A stretch of DNA of 64,000 nt from a virus. Lineage: Duplodnaviria > Caudoviricetes. Position numbers and translations under genes: made by a program. The stretch spans positions 1 through 64,000 of the IMG/VR virus record IMGVR_UViG_3300028591_000131. One strand, written 5' to 3'. Below are positions 51,224 to 61,180 of this stretch, in pieces. Numbering within the stretch: the stretch's first letter is position 1; each line of letters opens with the position of its first letter. Under the pieces are notes generated by a model, which saw nothing but the letters and a program-made list of their open reading frames with translations, was not told the DNA's origin and did not search any database.

Positions 51224-53688
51224 GACTGAGAAGGTTTTTTATTAGCTTGTTTTCGTTTTATTTTAACCTCTTCAGCTTTTAATTTTAATTCACGTTCTTT
51301 GAACGATTTGTCTTCTTTATGTTGTTGTTCTTCCAAATTCTGTTTACGTTGTTCAAGTCTTCGTTGCGCAGCTTGTTCTTCTTTATCGTGTGCCAATTGT
51401 GCATCAAACTGACGAGCATCTTCTTTTATTTTAGCCATCTCCACTTCTTCGTCAATAAGACTGTCACCGTAGATTTGTTCAGCTTCAATATGGCCTTGAG
51501 TCTGAATTTGTGCAATCTGCAAACGTGTTTCATTGTCACGTTGATTCATCATATCTTGTAGCTCAAGCTTTTGTTGTTCAAGTTGCATACGCATTTCTTG
51601 TTCTTGCTTTTGCAGTTCAGCTTGTTGACGCATTTGTTCTGATTGCTGTTGACGCATTTCGTCTTCCTCTGCCTCAATCATACGCATTGTTTCTGCCAAA
51701 GAATTCGATGTATAAATTTTCATTAACGAAGAGAAACTTATCATTTGATTTTGTAATGCAGCTTGACCTAACATTTCAAGTTTACTTGTCAGATTCTGCG
51801 CATACGGTGAGTTATCAACAACCAAACCATAATCATTCTCACTGAATTCATCACCATCTACATCTAATGTTGCCAAAGAACTATCGGATAAAACGTATTG
51901 AAATTTCTTATTTTTACCTTTCATGGCAAATTTAAGTACTTCCAAATAACATTCCAACACACGTTTCTTTACATCAGAATGTGTATTGAACAACCACTCT
52001 GTGATATATGAAGACTGCAATGTTGAACGTTCGATACCACCAACAGTCTCTCTATTTGCAATTTGACCTTCACGTTGTTTGGAAATACCACAAGCATCGC
52101 TCATTTCATTCTTGATATATTCAAGCATTTGCCAATGCTGTTGTATATAATCTCCGGTGTTAGTACCTATAAGACCACGTGAATTTGACGCAAAATTGCC
52201 TGCTAACTTTCCAGTAGCAGCACCTATGTTACCTTCTTTAAATGAATCTTTGATTGCCAAATGGTTCTTTTTTGCATAAAACAGCCATTGTTCAGGTGTC
52301 CATTTATCAGGAATACTGGCAATATCAAGTTCAAATAATTGTCCAAAATTTGCTTCCATTGCTTCATTTAAACGTTCGTGTACAACGTCATATAAATAAG
52401 CAAACGGTTTCAATGTATCCACTAATGAAAATACCTCATCTTCATTGACATTATAATAACTGCCGATAAATCCGAAATGACATTTGGATGGATTTTCCAT
52501 TGTATTGAATTGTATCTCGCAAGGACGTATTTGCAAATAAACTTCCTTACCGATTTTGTAACCTTCCCAAGCTTCATTAATCCAATAAATTTCTTCTTCT
52601 TCACCGAGACTTTCATCTATTTGATAATCTTCGCTATAAAAATGATACTCAGTATCACCTGTTTCGGGATTGTAAGATTTTACCTTCTTTATTTGACGTC
52701 TTGATTTCCAGAACATATGCAATACACGAATGTTACCATCCGAATCGTACACTTCATTTTGTCCGCCATCTGTAAATAAAACATAATCACCAACTATAGT
52801 GCCTCCCGGAAAATTAAACAGATCGTTAGAATTAATAAAACCTTTGGTTTCATCACGATTCCACATTTCATCAGGATCATCAAGATGAGGTAAATCTTCA
52901 AGATATTTACGATCTTTTTCTGTAAGAATATCTGCAAAAGTGTCATATATTTTACCAAGAGACCAATAGTCTTCATAAATAATAACGTCTGCATCTTCAA
53001 CTCTAGAAGAATAACCACTACGCCAACTATGAAGTTTCATAGGATTCATTCGTTCTATAACGGGTTCTCCACCAGCCATATGACACCAATATATCTCTTC
53101 ACCAACGGTAAGTGCATCCATAAATCCATCAGCAAACAAACTTTGTACATTATTTTCTTTAGTATAATGATTTAACAAAGCATTTGCTCTGATTTCACGT
53201 ATGTCTTGCCAATGATACTTAAATTCTTTCTCTATATTTTGTAATTTCTGTTTGAACTCTTCTTCAGATTTGGATTCTGACTGTATAGCATTTTGTACAG
53301 CTTGAAACAATTCTTCTTGTTTCTTGCGTTCAATCTCGCTTATTGCATTTGGATTTGTACATACTACACGATATTCAAAACGTCTTCCTATCTCTTCACC
53401 GCAAAGCACACGTAACTTGGCGTTCATTACAGGATAATGTTGAATTGTATCCGGAATAAACGCAGAATTCAAACCAGTAGGATTCATAACCAACATTAAG
53501 TCATCCATATGAATTTTACCATTAACCAAATCATAGTTAATCTTTTTATTCATAATAGAAGAACGCACCTTCTCATTATAACGTGAAGATACGTTGTTAT
53601 CGGCCCAATCCAAATGCTTTTTACGCCATTCGTCGTTCTTTTTCTTGAATGGAATTTGTTGCGGTGGAAATGTTTTTATTCTACTCAT
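51220..53688 (-). CDS. Portal protein
   Basis: 822 aa; FPPQ.IP..KK, YDLVNG, IQHYP, GISKQREG....ETVGG.ER; C-terminal coiled coil; next to TerL. Confidence 0.93.
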   Translation of the reverse strand: MSRIKTFPPQQIPFKKKNDEWRKKHLDWADNNVSSRYNEKVRSSIMNKKINYDLVNGKIHMDDLMLVMNPTGLNSAFIPDTIQHYPVMNAKLRVLCGEEIGRRFEYRVVCTNPNAISEIERKKQEELFQAVQNAIQSESKSEEEFKQKLQNIEKEFKYHWQDIREIRANALLNHYTKENNVQSLFADGFMDALTVGEEIYWCHMAGGEPVIERMNPMKLHSWRSGYSSRVEDADVIIYEDYWSLGKIYDTFADILTEKDRKYLEDLPHLDDPDEMWNRDETKGFINSNDLFNFPGGTIVGDYVLFTDGGQNEVYDSDGNIRVLHMFWKSRRQIKKVKSYNPETGDTEYHFYSEDYQIDESLGEEEEIYWINEAWEGYKIGKEVYLQIRPCEIQFNTMENPSKCHFGFIGSYYNVNEDEVFSLVDTLKPFAYLYDVVHERLNEAMEANFGQLFELDIASIPDKWTPEQWLFYAKKNHLAIKDSFKEGNIGAATGKLAGNFASNSRGLIGTNTGDYIQQHWQMLEYIKNEMSDACGISKQREGQIANRETVGGIERSTLQSSYITEWLFNTHSDVKKRVLECYLEVLKFAMKGKNKKFQYVLSDSSLATLDVDGDEFSENDYGLVVDNSPYAQNLTSKLEMLGQAALQNQMISFSSLMKIYTSNSLAETMRMIEAEEDEMRQQQSEQMRQQAELQKQEQEMRMQLEQQKLELQDMMNQRDNETRLQIAQIQTQGHIEAEQIYGDSLIDEEVEMAKIKEDARQFDAQLAHDKEEQAAQRRLEQRKQNLEEQQHKEDKSFKERELKLKAEEVKIKRKQANKKPSQS

Positions 53689-53708
53689 GTTAAATTATTA
53701 TATAAACG

Positions 53709-53718
53709 TGCAAAAATA
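53709..53718 (-). promoter_or_regulatory. Bacteroidota promoter (-7 box) for portal-capsid operon
   Basis: TATTTTTGCA on the minus strand, 20 nt upstream of the portal ATG. Confidence 0.7.
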
Positions 53719-53758
53719 ATAAAAAAAATAACACATTAATATACATATTAATTTCAAA

Positions 53759-56074
53759 TTAACCATTTATAAAGATTCCGTCTACATTTATATTTGTTTC
53801 CGATTTCTTGAAACGGTTTTTCATTTTATTATAAGTATCAAAAAATGAATCAGTTAGAAATTCATTTTTGTATTCTGGACGTTTGGATGGTTCCCCGGAA
53901 TTCAATCTATAAACATCTTCCCGATATAACATCAACATTAGCATCGCGTCGTGTCTGTCAAAGTTACCATCCAAATTGTAAAGAGCCAATTCCTGTAACA
54001 AAGCAATATTACGTACATCCATCAATTGCGGATATGTGGTTTCTATTTCGATATCGTCGACTTTTTCAATTTTACTTTTAGGTTTCAATAACCAATCCCG
54101 AAGTAATCCTCGTGCAAAATTTTGTATCGGCACTGTAGCTCTTACACCATAAGAAGTGTTTCCAAACAACTCACCTTTGACCAAATCTCTGTCTTTCAAA
54201 TAAGAAAACGTAGGTGTCAAAAGATATGTGCAATGTGTTCTGCTAAAATATGAATATAAACCCTTCCAGTTATTTTCATAACAAAGTCTTGCATCATAAA
54301 ACAAACACAAACGTCTGCATATTTCATAAAAATCCTCTGCGAATTTTGGTCTTCCTGTAAACTCTGCAACAATATTGTCTGTAAATACATCGAGTACAAA
54401 TATCGAACCTAAAGACAATGTGCCAGATACATCATTATCATACACATCCGCTCCTGCAATATAACGATTGCGGAACACTTCGTTTGTAGTTTTGTTTATT
54501 TCGGGCATTTTGAATATTTCTATAGCACCTTCAAGCTTATTGTCTTTGTGTGGAAAATGTCTTATCGGTGTATCTGTTGTTGGTTGAAATTCAACTTTTC
54601 CTCCAACTATATTCAATTTGCCAACATAAACATCATCAAAAGCATGTGGATTTAAGTTTAATTCTGCAATACGCGATTGTATATCTGCAACTGGGTATAT
54701 ATTACCACCTACTTTCATTATACAATCTTGTATTGTCAAAGGTAACTCTGCTTTCTTCTGTGTAACAGACAACGGATCACTTGTAGTTGTTTTTGTCTTG
54801 TAACGTTCCATCAAAACTTCAAGTAAAGATCCAGTAACATCAGAATTACCGTCTTCATCGTAAAATCCCTTACGGTTCATATATGCTCCTATAAAGAACA
54901 AACAAGTACCCTTACCCTGTGTGCTTTTATCAAAAACATTAGGCAATGGATACATATGATAACCTTCCGGATGGTAAATCATCTCCAATGCACCTGAGAA
55001 GTCATTTCCTTTTGTACCACCTGTACCAATAACTCCCAATGTACCAAACGCATAACCGCCTTCTTCGGCATTATAAAGAGCCGTATTGTATGTTTCCAAG
55101 AAATTAGGGAACATACCAAACTCTTCAAAGTAAGTACGAACAGCACGTTTACCACGAATCTTACCAGGCTTGTCTTTAATAGACAAACCCATAACTTCAT
55201 TCTTGGTACCACGTTCAATCTGTTGGTCTTCTGAATCAAAATAACCCATACGCCAGTGCATATCACCAAGACTGCTTTTAAGACGTTTTGACGGGAATTG
55301 TGTATTGTCTGCACAAAAGTCTATACAATCCACAAACTTGTTCAAAGTACCATCGTTGATCAAGAATTGTTTATCAGCGGCAACAACAACGTTTTTAACA
55401 GATTTGTTAACTTCTTGATTTTCACCACATATAAACTGTTTAGCCATCATAGCGGCAATAAATAATGACTTGCCGCAACCTCGTCTAGCGATAACTCCAA
55501 AATGTTCACCACCTTGAAAATTATTGTATTTACCACCGTAAACAGCTTGATGTATATAATGTCCCCATAAATATGTCGAATCCCATATTTCAGGAAAATC
55601 AATAACACGGTTACCCTTTTTTTTGCCTTTTTCAACTTTGGTTTGTAAGATAGGACTGTAATTCCAATAAAAATACAAATCTCCCGGTATCCATTCACCG
55701 TCTGAAGGTCTTACCATGCCGTTCCAGATACGATCAATTTCAGTACGTAACCACTTTGCAAACTCACTATTGGGGTTTGCATTGGGTCTCAATGTAGTAT
55801 AACAACCGTATTTTTTATAATGTAATGCAGCTGGTCTGAAATAATCCATATCCTCAAGTATATGAGGATGAATCAAATCAACAATAATCCTACCCTTTTC
55901 ATCTCTTGGTAAATCTTTTGCACGAAGTCTTTTTGAACTTACCATTGATTCAATAAAAGGAACATTGTTTATTACATCAATAAATTCATCCTGTACTTCT
56001 TTGGGGTACATTTTTAATTGGTCTGCCAAAATGGCAGTCTGTTTATCATTAAACAGCAAGTTGATCGAGTCCAT
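53759..56074 (-). CDS. terL: Terminase large subunit
   Basis: Walker A ARRGCGKS, Walker B YFEEFG, GTGG, nuclease YIAGAD.Y...GNFDR.DA; uninterrupted. Confidence 0.95.
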   Translation of the reverse strand: MDSINLLFNDKQTAILADQLKMYPKEVQDEFIDVINNVPFIESMVSSKRLRAKDLPRDEKGRIIVDLIHPHILEDMDYFRPAALHYKKYGCYTTLRPNANPNSEFAKWLRTEIDRIWNGMVRPSDGEWIPGDLYFYWNYSPILQTKVEKGKKKGNRVIDFPEIWDSTYLWGHYIHQAVYGGKYNNFQGGEHFGVIARRGCGKSLFIAAMMAKQFICGENQEVNKSVKNVVVAADKQFLINDGTLNKFVDCIDFCADNTQFPSKRLKSSLGDMHWRMGYFDSEDQQIERGTKNEVMGLSIKDKPGKIRGKRAVRTYFEEFGMFPNFLETYNTALYNAEEGGYAFGTLGVIGTGGTKGNDFSGALEMIYHPEGYHMYPLPNVFDKSTQGKGTCLFFIGAYMNRKGFYDEDGNSDVTGSLLEVLMERYKTKTTTSDPLSVTQKKAELPLTIQDCIMKVGGNIYPVADIQSRIAELNLNPHAFDDVYVGKLNIVGGKVEFQPTTDTPIRHFPHKDNKLEGAIEIFKMPEINKTTNEVFRNRYIAGADVYDNDVSGTLSLGSIFVLDVFTDNIVAEFTGRPKFAEDFYEICRRLCLFYDARLCYENNWKGLYSYFSRTHCTYLLTPTFSYLKDRDLVKGELFGNTSYGVRATVPIQNFARGLLRDWLLKPKSKIEKVDDIEIETTYPQLMDVRNIALLQELALYNLDGNFDRHDAMLMLMLYREDVYRLNSGEPSKRPEYKNEFLTDSFFDTYNKMKNRFKKSETNINVDGIFING

Positions 56075-56612
56075 CTTCCAATAACTTTTTTACACCGTTA
56101 CCACGCATTTTTGCGTTTTCTTCAATATCTGATACAATAGCTTTCTCCGCTTTATTCAAATCCTCAATAAGGCCTGGAATCTGCTTTATTGTAGCTGTTA
56201 TTGTATTTAATGTATAAATGGGTTTGCCTTTGTCATCAACAGCTTTAAGGTCTATTTCCTTTAATTGTACACGTAATTTATTAATAAGTTCCCGTGTATC
56301 CTGAAGCAATAATGAACTTGGTGAGGTTGTTAAATATTTATACACTTCCATGGCTTTTTCTATTGTTTTATCAGGTTTCCATTTTTTAGGAAATCCTTCT
56401 TGTTCCAATATCTTTTCCATACGTGTTTCTTCATCTATAAGAAACATATAATCACTTCTTGGATCACAAAAGAAATAAATAAAACCTAACTCCTGTATGG
56501 CTTTTTCTTTAGTGTCGCTTTTATCCCTGTTCCATATATCACGAAAGGCCTTGATTGCCAAGGCCTCCTCAGAGATATTTAATTTAAATCCTTCAAACTT
56601 AAATAATTTCAT
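56049..56612 (-). CDS. Conserved crAss protein upstream of TerL (possible small terminase)
   Basis: IWNRDKS..K..A..EL.FIYF..DPRS.Y; helical; overlaps the TerL start. Confidence 0.6.
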   Translation of the reverse strand: MKLFKFEGFKLNISEEALAIKAFRDIWNRDKSDTKEKAIQELGFIYFFCDPRSDYMFLIDEETRMEKILEQEGFPKKWKPDKTIEKAMEVYKYLTTSPSSLLLQDTRELINKLRVQLKEIDLKAVDDKGKPIYTLNTITATIKQIPGLIEDLNKAEKAIVSDIEENAKMRGNGVKKLLEDGLDQLAV

Positions 56613-56620
56613 GTGTTGTA

Positions 56621-57013
56621 TTATGATTTAATCGGTTCCCATTCTTCAATAACAAAATCAATATCACGAATATCCAAATACAAATACGGCTTTCCATCAA
56701 GCTCTATTTCCGGAAAAGCATATCCTATTACTTGATTTGAATATTCCTCCATATTATCGTGCATATCACCTTTCTTGTATTTCTTCACAGCATAATTTGT
56801 AGGATCGATACAAACCAAATCTCCTACCTTGACATCACGAACAGAATCACCAACGGCAATAACTGTCTGGTATTCCTTTACACCTTGCTTGATCTTTGTC
56901 GAATCGATAATCTGTGTTCCTGGAATATAAGTTATGTCATCATACATATTTTTTGTCACCAACAGTTTGGTGAACATAGGTTTTATCTTTTTGATATTTA
57001 TTGTTTCTTCCAT
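56621..57013 (-). CDS. GroES-like co-chaperonin
   Basis: IKPMF..LLV, VIAVGD.V.DVKVGD.V, DGK.YL.L..RDI. Confidence 0.8.
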   Translation of the reverse strand: MEETINIKKIKPMFTKLLVTKNMYDDITYIPGTQIIDSTKIKQGVKEYQTVIAVGDSVRDVKVGDLVCIDPTNYAVKKYKKGDMHDNMEEYSNQVIGYAFPEIELDGKPYLYLDIRDIDFVIEEWEPIKS

Positions 57014-57246
57014 ATTTCAGCGAATTTTTTAATAGTTTTTCTATCCAAATACAATTTTCCCAATCCGGGAATGTTAAACGATGTTTTCATCGCATCTAAT
57101 TCTTCATCTGACATTTCGGTATATTCCAAAGACGATATCGTTTTATAAATAAATTCAAATGTGTCGTAGTATATGTTCCGTATATCGCCTTTGGACATAC
57201 CGTACTTGTCAGCTATCTTTTGAAAATCAATTTCAGTTACGTCCAT
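56998..57246 (-). CDS. HU/IHF-like small DNA-binding protein
   Basis: IA.KYG.S...I and FNIPGLGKLY. Confidence 0.65.
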   Translation of the reverse strand: MDVTEIDFQKIADKYGMSKGDIRNIYYDTFEFIYKTISSLEYTEMSDEELDAMKTSFNIPGLGKLYLDRKTIKKFAEIWKKQ

Positions 57247-57631
57247 TGAAACTAAATTGGACTATTAGTTTATAATCTTCACAAGTGTCATCCAACCTCG
57301 GTATCAATTTTGGGTTTATAGTATCTCCAACAATAGCTTTCTTGTCCCGAAGATGTTTCAACATAACTTGAAAATAGTTCGAAGTTACATTAAGTTCATT
57401 ACGTATTTCCTTGCGTATTTTACCACTCATTAGTGTTGTGTTCAATACTTTTTCATCTTGAATCACTTTGGACAACTGATATCTCTTATAAAGTAACATT
57501 GCCATAAGTTCAATATCACGTGGATTTATTTTGTGCAACGGACGTAAGAATTCAACCCAATACTTGAAAAACTGCAAATTCAAGTTAGTAGGTACAGACA
57601 CTACGGTTGTATTCTTAAGCATCTTGGACAT
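57233..57631 (-). CDS. Winged-HTH-like protein
   Basis: IR.EL.V....F......LR.K.....INP.LIP; start moved to 57631 (MSKML). Confidence 0.55.
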   Translation of the reverse strand: MSKMLKNTTVVSVPTNLNLQFFKYWVEFLRPLHKINPRDIELMAMLLYKRYQLSKVIQDEKVLNTTLMSGKIRKEIRNELNVTSNYFQVMLKHLRDKKAIVGDTINPKLIPRLDDTCEDYKLIVQFSFNGRN

Positions 57632-57896
57632 CGGTTTGTACTTCTGTTTCAGTTTCGTCATTAGGATTTTCCATTACCAACACACGCTGGATGTCTTCAG
57701 AACACTTGCCAACGTAATCCTTCGGGAAATACTTTGCCAATTCAAGAACCTTAAACTCAAAATTCAATCTGGCAATCATTTCTGAAAATTGTGTTTGCTT
57801 AAGTCTTTCTGTCATTTCGTTTACTTGAGAACCGAGATAACCACAATATCTTTCAAGTTCTTCGTAAGACATCTTCTTTTCGTTTTTATTCTCCAT
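57615..57896 (-). CDS. Conserved coiled-coil hypothetical protein
   Basis: K.SYEELE...RL.F.FKVLE; promoter directly upstream. Confidence 0.65.
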   Translation of the reverse strand: MENKNEKKMSYEELERYCGYLGSQVNEMTERLKQTQFSEMIARLNFEFKVLELAKYFPKDYVGKCSEDIQRVLVMENPNDETETEVQTDVQDA

Positions 57897-57927
57897 ATTT
57901 AAAAATTTAAGTTAAAAAATTTCAGCC

Positions 57928-57937
57928 TGCAAAGATA
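57928..57937 (-). promoter_or_regulatory. Bacteroidota promoter (-7 box)
   Basis: TATCTTTGCA with upstream T-tract. Confidence 0.78.
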
Positions 57938-57957
57938 CAAAAAAAATTAATACGTTG

Positions 57958-58146
57958 TTACTTTTGCAATAATTTTTTTCCATATTTTTGCTTATATCGT
58001 TTTTCCCAATCGTCAATCATTGTCAATTTGACATTAGTACTACCACAATCTTTGCAATAATTATAATCGTCCATTTTCAATATTGTTAATGAAAGACAAT
58101 CTTCACAAAAGAAAACTGGGATATCGTTATACTCTTTTTTTGTCAT
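57958..58146 (-). CDS. Small zinc-ribbon protein
   Basis: YN..PV.FC..CLSL.I......C..CGST; start moved to 58146 (MTKKEY), below the terminator. Confidence 0.7.
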   Translation of the reverse strand: MTKKEYNDIPVFFCEDCLSLTILKMDDYNYCKDCGSTNVKLTMIDDWEKRYKQKYGKKLLQK

Positions 58147-58162
58147 GTTGTTTAATTTAGGT

Positions 58163-58197
58163 AAAAAAGACACTCCTCGCATGTTACAAGGAGTGTC
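58163..58197 (-). terminator. Intrinsic terminator after the phosphoesterase gene
   Basis: GACACTCCT (58169-77) / AGGAGTGTC (58189-97), T6 on the minus strand. Confidence 0.75.
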
Positions 58198-58206
58198 CAA
58201 AAACAA

Positions 58207-59475
58207 TTAAATATAAAATATGTTCTGTAAACCTTTATAACCATCCCAAAGAAAGGCACTGAGACGTTTTACAGAATGGTAGCCCTGTCTTTTTTCAAAA
58301 GGAGAAGAACCACATATAGTAGGCAAATGACGTGTAATCACACCATTGTCTTCAATAACTTGTTCAGAATGCAAGTGTCCGCAATGTATTTCAATTTGTT
58401 TTGCATTGCTGATATATTCTCTTGCATCGTTGTATAACCATTGATTTAACCTTTTAGCATTCATATCACCGTGTATAAACCCAACAAGATTTGTGCCATA
58501 CATTGTGTATTTACGATCAGTTTGTCTCAAATCAAATTCAATATTTTCATCATTATGAAAATAAGCACCCACTACTGTCATCAAAGTATATCCTAAAACT
58601 GTATCGTGGTTTCCTGGAACATAGATTACACGTATTTTAGGGTTATTTGTGACCTCCTTAATATAATCTATCAACATGATTATATTTTCAGATGCAGAAG
58701 TAAACATCGTTTCAAAACTCACATTTGAACATTGTGGAGTACCTTTTGTTGTGGTTTTCTGTGCATTGTCATAATGCAGTATATCTCCAAGAAAAACAAG
58801 ATCTATATTTGAGGGATCTGTGTTTTTTACAATTTCTCCTATAGCATACACTTTTTCCTCAAACAGATACTCAAAATCTGAAAAAGACTGCACATCTTCG
58901 TTTACTGTAAGTCCGAAATGCAAATCCGGCAAACATATTTCCAAATATTTTTCGTCACGTTTTGACTTTTTGCAACGTTTTTGAATGTCTGTAATTCTCT
59001 TGTGTGAGTAACTACTATCTTTATCATCAAACAATGTATCTACAGTTTCTTCTATAAGTTTTCTTATATTTTGCTCTTTAGATAAAGGTTTGACAGTTAT
59101 CCTTGAAGAATACAATACCTTGTTGTCTTTTGTAGAATTTTGCCAAATTGATGCTGTTGCACTCACTAATTGGAATTCATTTATATCGTAACCGTGAATC
59201 TTTAAAAGAAAATTCGGGTCTTTCAACTCTTCTTGAGAGCATTCCAACAGTTTTTCAGAACATTGTTGACCATTACTTGTGATGGTAACGGTATCTTTGA
59301 AATTATTTGCACATACTTCAACAACAGTATTGGAATTCAATTTTTCTTTTAATCTTTCCAAACGGTGTCTTGCTGTGTCTTTTGACACGTCTTCACCGTA
59401 TATTCTGAAATATTTTTGTCTATTTGTTTCGTCGCTATTCAAAATGCGGCGTATTTGTTCATTATTCAATTCCAT
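58207..59475 (-). CDS. Calcineurin-like metallophosphoesterase
   Basis: All five motifs present: DLHFG, GDILH, GNHD, HGD, GHLH. Confidence 0.9.
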   Translation of the reverse strand: MELNNEQIRRILNSDETNRQKYFRIYGEDVSKDTARHRLERLKEKLNSNTVVEVCANNFKDTVTITSNGQQCSEKLLECSQEELKDPNFLLKIHGYDINEFQLVSATASIWQNSTKDNKVLYSSRITVKPLSKEQNIRKLIEETVDTLFDDKDSSYSHKRITDIQKRCKKSKRDEKYLEICLPDLHFGLTVNEDVQSFSDFEYLFEEKVYAIGEIVKNTDPSNIDLVFLGDILHYDNAQKTTTKGTPQCSNVSFETMFTSASENIIMLIDYIKEVTNNPKIRVIYVPGNHDTVLGYTLMTVVGAYFHNDENIEFDLRQTDRKYTMYGTNLVGFIHGDMNAKRLNQWLYNDAREYISNAKQIEIHCGHLHSEQVIEDNGVITRHLPTICGSSPFEKRQGYHSVKRLSAFLWDGYKGLQNIFYI

Positions 59476-59499
59476 ATTTAATTGTTTATATTAATAATG

Positions 59500-59509
59500 T
59501 GCAAAGATA
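59500..59509 (-). promoter_or_regulatory. Bacteroidota promoter (-7 box)
   Basis: TATCTTTGCA with upstream T-tract. Confidence 0.78.
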
Positions 59510-59543
59510 CAAAAAAAATCAATACAAATTACAAAAAAAGTAA

Positions 59544-60887
59544 TTAATGATGAAATTTTTTTGCATTTTTAGCGAAATTAGCCCTCTTCACAAGTGTAGT
59601 TGAATAATGATCTTTGTTTGCAAGTATTTGACTTGCATACGCTTGTACGGATTTACCAGCACGATTGGCAGCTGCTGTGAATTTGCCGCGATTTTCTGGT
59701 TTAATGTGAATTGAACCTCCTTTTGCATAACTACCTGTATATTGTCCAGATTCTATCAAATCCAAGTCATTTAACATTATCTTGTTTCTACCGAGAGGCT
59801 TTCCTCCCACCGTTCTTGCACTTTCTTTTCTTATAGAATCTTTATCGTCGACATATATAGCCTTTACAAGTTTAGGAAATTGTGTAATACCAGGGTTATA
59901 ATTATAATCTATAAGCCATGCCTGCATTTCCGGGGACAATCTATCGAAAGCGCCAACATCATTATTTGTAGTGTCATAAAATCTTCTTGTTGCTTCAATA
60001 TCTTTACGTATTCTTGCATTTATGAAATCATCGTGCTGTTGTTTTGTAAGGTAACCCTGTCTGTTGTACAGCTTCGTCCACGCCTCGTTTGGATAAAGCT
60101 TCAAACCATCTCCGATGGTCTGCTCTCCGCCTTCCACAGAATCGTAGGCTACATATCTCTGTGTGACAGGATCGTAGCCCACATTCGCATTATTTTCAAC
60201 AAAATGAAGCCTGTTGCGCTGATACGCTACGGGATCACTGCTTTTTGTCATGTTGTTTGTGTTGTTTATGTAACGAAAATAAGAAGGTACGCCAGTATCT
60301 ATCACGGGAACATAAGCACCTGTGCTAGCCGCCAACGATGTGTTTAGCTGTTTCATCAGCCCGGACAATGCCACAGGCTGCGATTGTCGTACTGCGTACG
60401 GGTTTGACATCGTTGTGCCTGCAGGCTGTGCCCTGTTGATGCGGTATGTGCTCATAGGAGGATGCCAAGGACTTCCTTTATCGCCACCAGTATCATATAA
60501 ATTAAAACTGTTAGCTCCCCATTGTCCATACTTGAAACCATTGGCAACTTTATTAATTGCAGAGGGCACAAATGTATTATTTTCCCAACTACCTCCAATT
60601 GCTTCTGGTGTACTATAAACACTTTCATTACTGAATGTAGGATGCCACGGTTTCTTCCACTTGTCTATCATATGATAATTTTGGTCCGGTAAATCACCAT
60701 TCAACCACGCACCACGCAAATCGTAGTCGTAATCACTACGCAAATTCAACGGCAACGTCTGAACCCACTGCTGGTACTGTTGTTCTTGTTGAGGTGTCAA
60801 CTGTGTGTTATAAAACTTATCTCTTTTAGAACCGCCTTTATCGTAATTTCTAGCCCAAGGGTATAATGATTTAATATGTTCGTTCAT
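59544..60887 (-). CDS. Modular protein: HPTFS domain, lysozyme-like domain, basic IHIKPENRGKF domain
   Basis: DYDLRG...H..D.WK.P.HPTFS.ES; E...AYDSVEGG..TIGDG...DY.YN.G..FPK (GH24/T4-lysozyme-like); C-terminal KRANFAKNA. Confidence 0.7.
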   Translation of the reverse strand: MNEHIKSLYPWARNYDKGGSKRDKFYNTQLTPQQEQQYQQWVQTLPLNLRSDYDYDLRGAWLNGDLPDQNYHMIDKWKKPWHPTFSNESVYSTPEAIGGSWENNTFVPSAINKVANGFKYGQWGANSFNLYDTGGDKGSPWHPPMSTYRINRAQPAGTTMSNPYAVRQSQPVALSGLMKQLNTSLAASTGAYVPVIDTGVPSYFRYINNTNNMTKSSDPVAYQRNRLHFVENNANVGYDPVTQRYVAYDSVEGGEQTIGDGLKLYPNEAWTKLYNRQGYLTKQQHDDFINARIRKDIEATRRFYDTTNNDVGAFDRLSPEMQAWLIDYNYNPGITQFPKLVKAIYVDDKDSIRKESARTVGGKPLGRNKIMLNDLDLIESGQYTGSYAKGGSIHIKPENRGKFTAAANRAGKSVQAYASQILANKDHYSTTLVKRANFAKNAKKFHH

Positions 60888-61179
60888 ATTTCGATTTATT
60901 TAATAAATAGTCTTCAAAGTACCAATCTTCAAATTCTTGTTTAGTGCGATTAACTGCAGCGTTTATCACAATTTCATTTGAAGCGTATAATTGTCTGTTG
61001 TATTCAAAATAAAATAACTTGTGATATGGGAAATCATTTGATATATTATCACGTTCTTTGACATAACGTTCAATAAAATTCCCATCAGCCGTATTTATTT
61101 TATCATATGTACGTTTAGCCACATCATAATAAAACCGTACACGACTGGCTAATACACTTGTTCGCTTGTGTTTGTCCAT
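60871..61179 (-). CDS. Hypothetical protein
   Basis: ATG at 61179 lies just after the upstream stop; overlaps the next gene. Confidence 0.55.
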   Translation of the reverse strand: MDKHKRTSVLASRVRFYYDVAKRTYDKINTADGNFIERYVKERDNISNDFPYHKLFYFEYNRQLYASNEIVINAAVNRTKQEFEDWYFEDYLLNKSKYERTY

Positions 61180-61180
61180 A

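Noticed and set aside
53759-56074. Intron or intein in TerL, MCP or vRNAP
   Set aside because: The ORFs are continuous, of expected size, with no intein or homing-endonuclease motifs seen.
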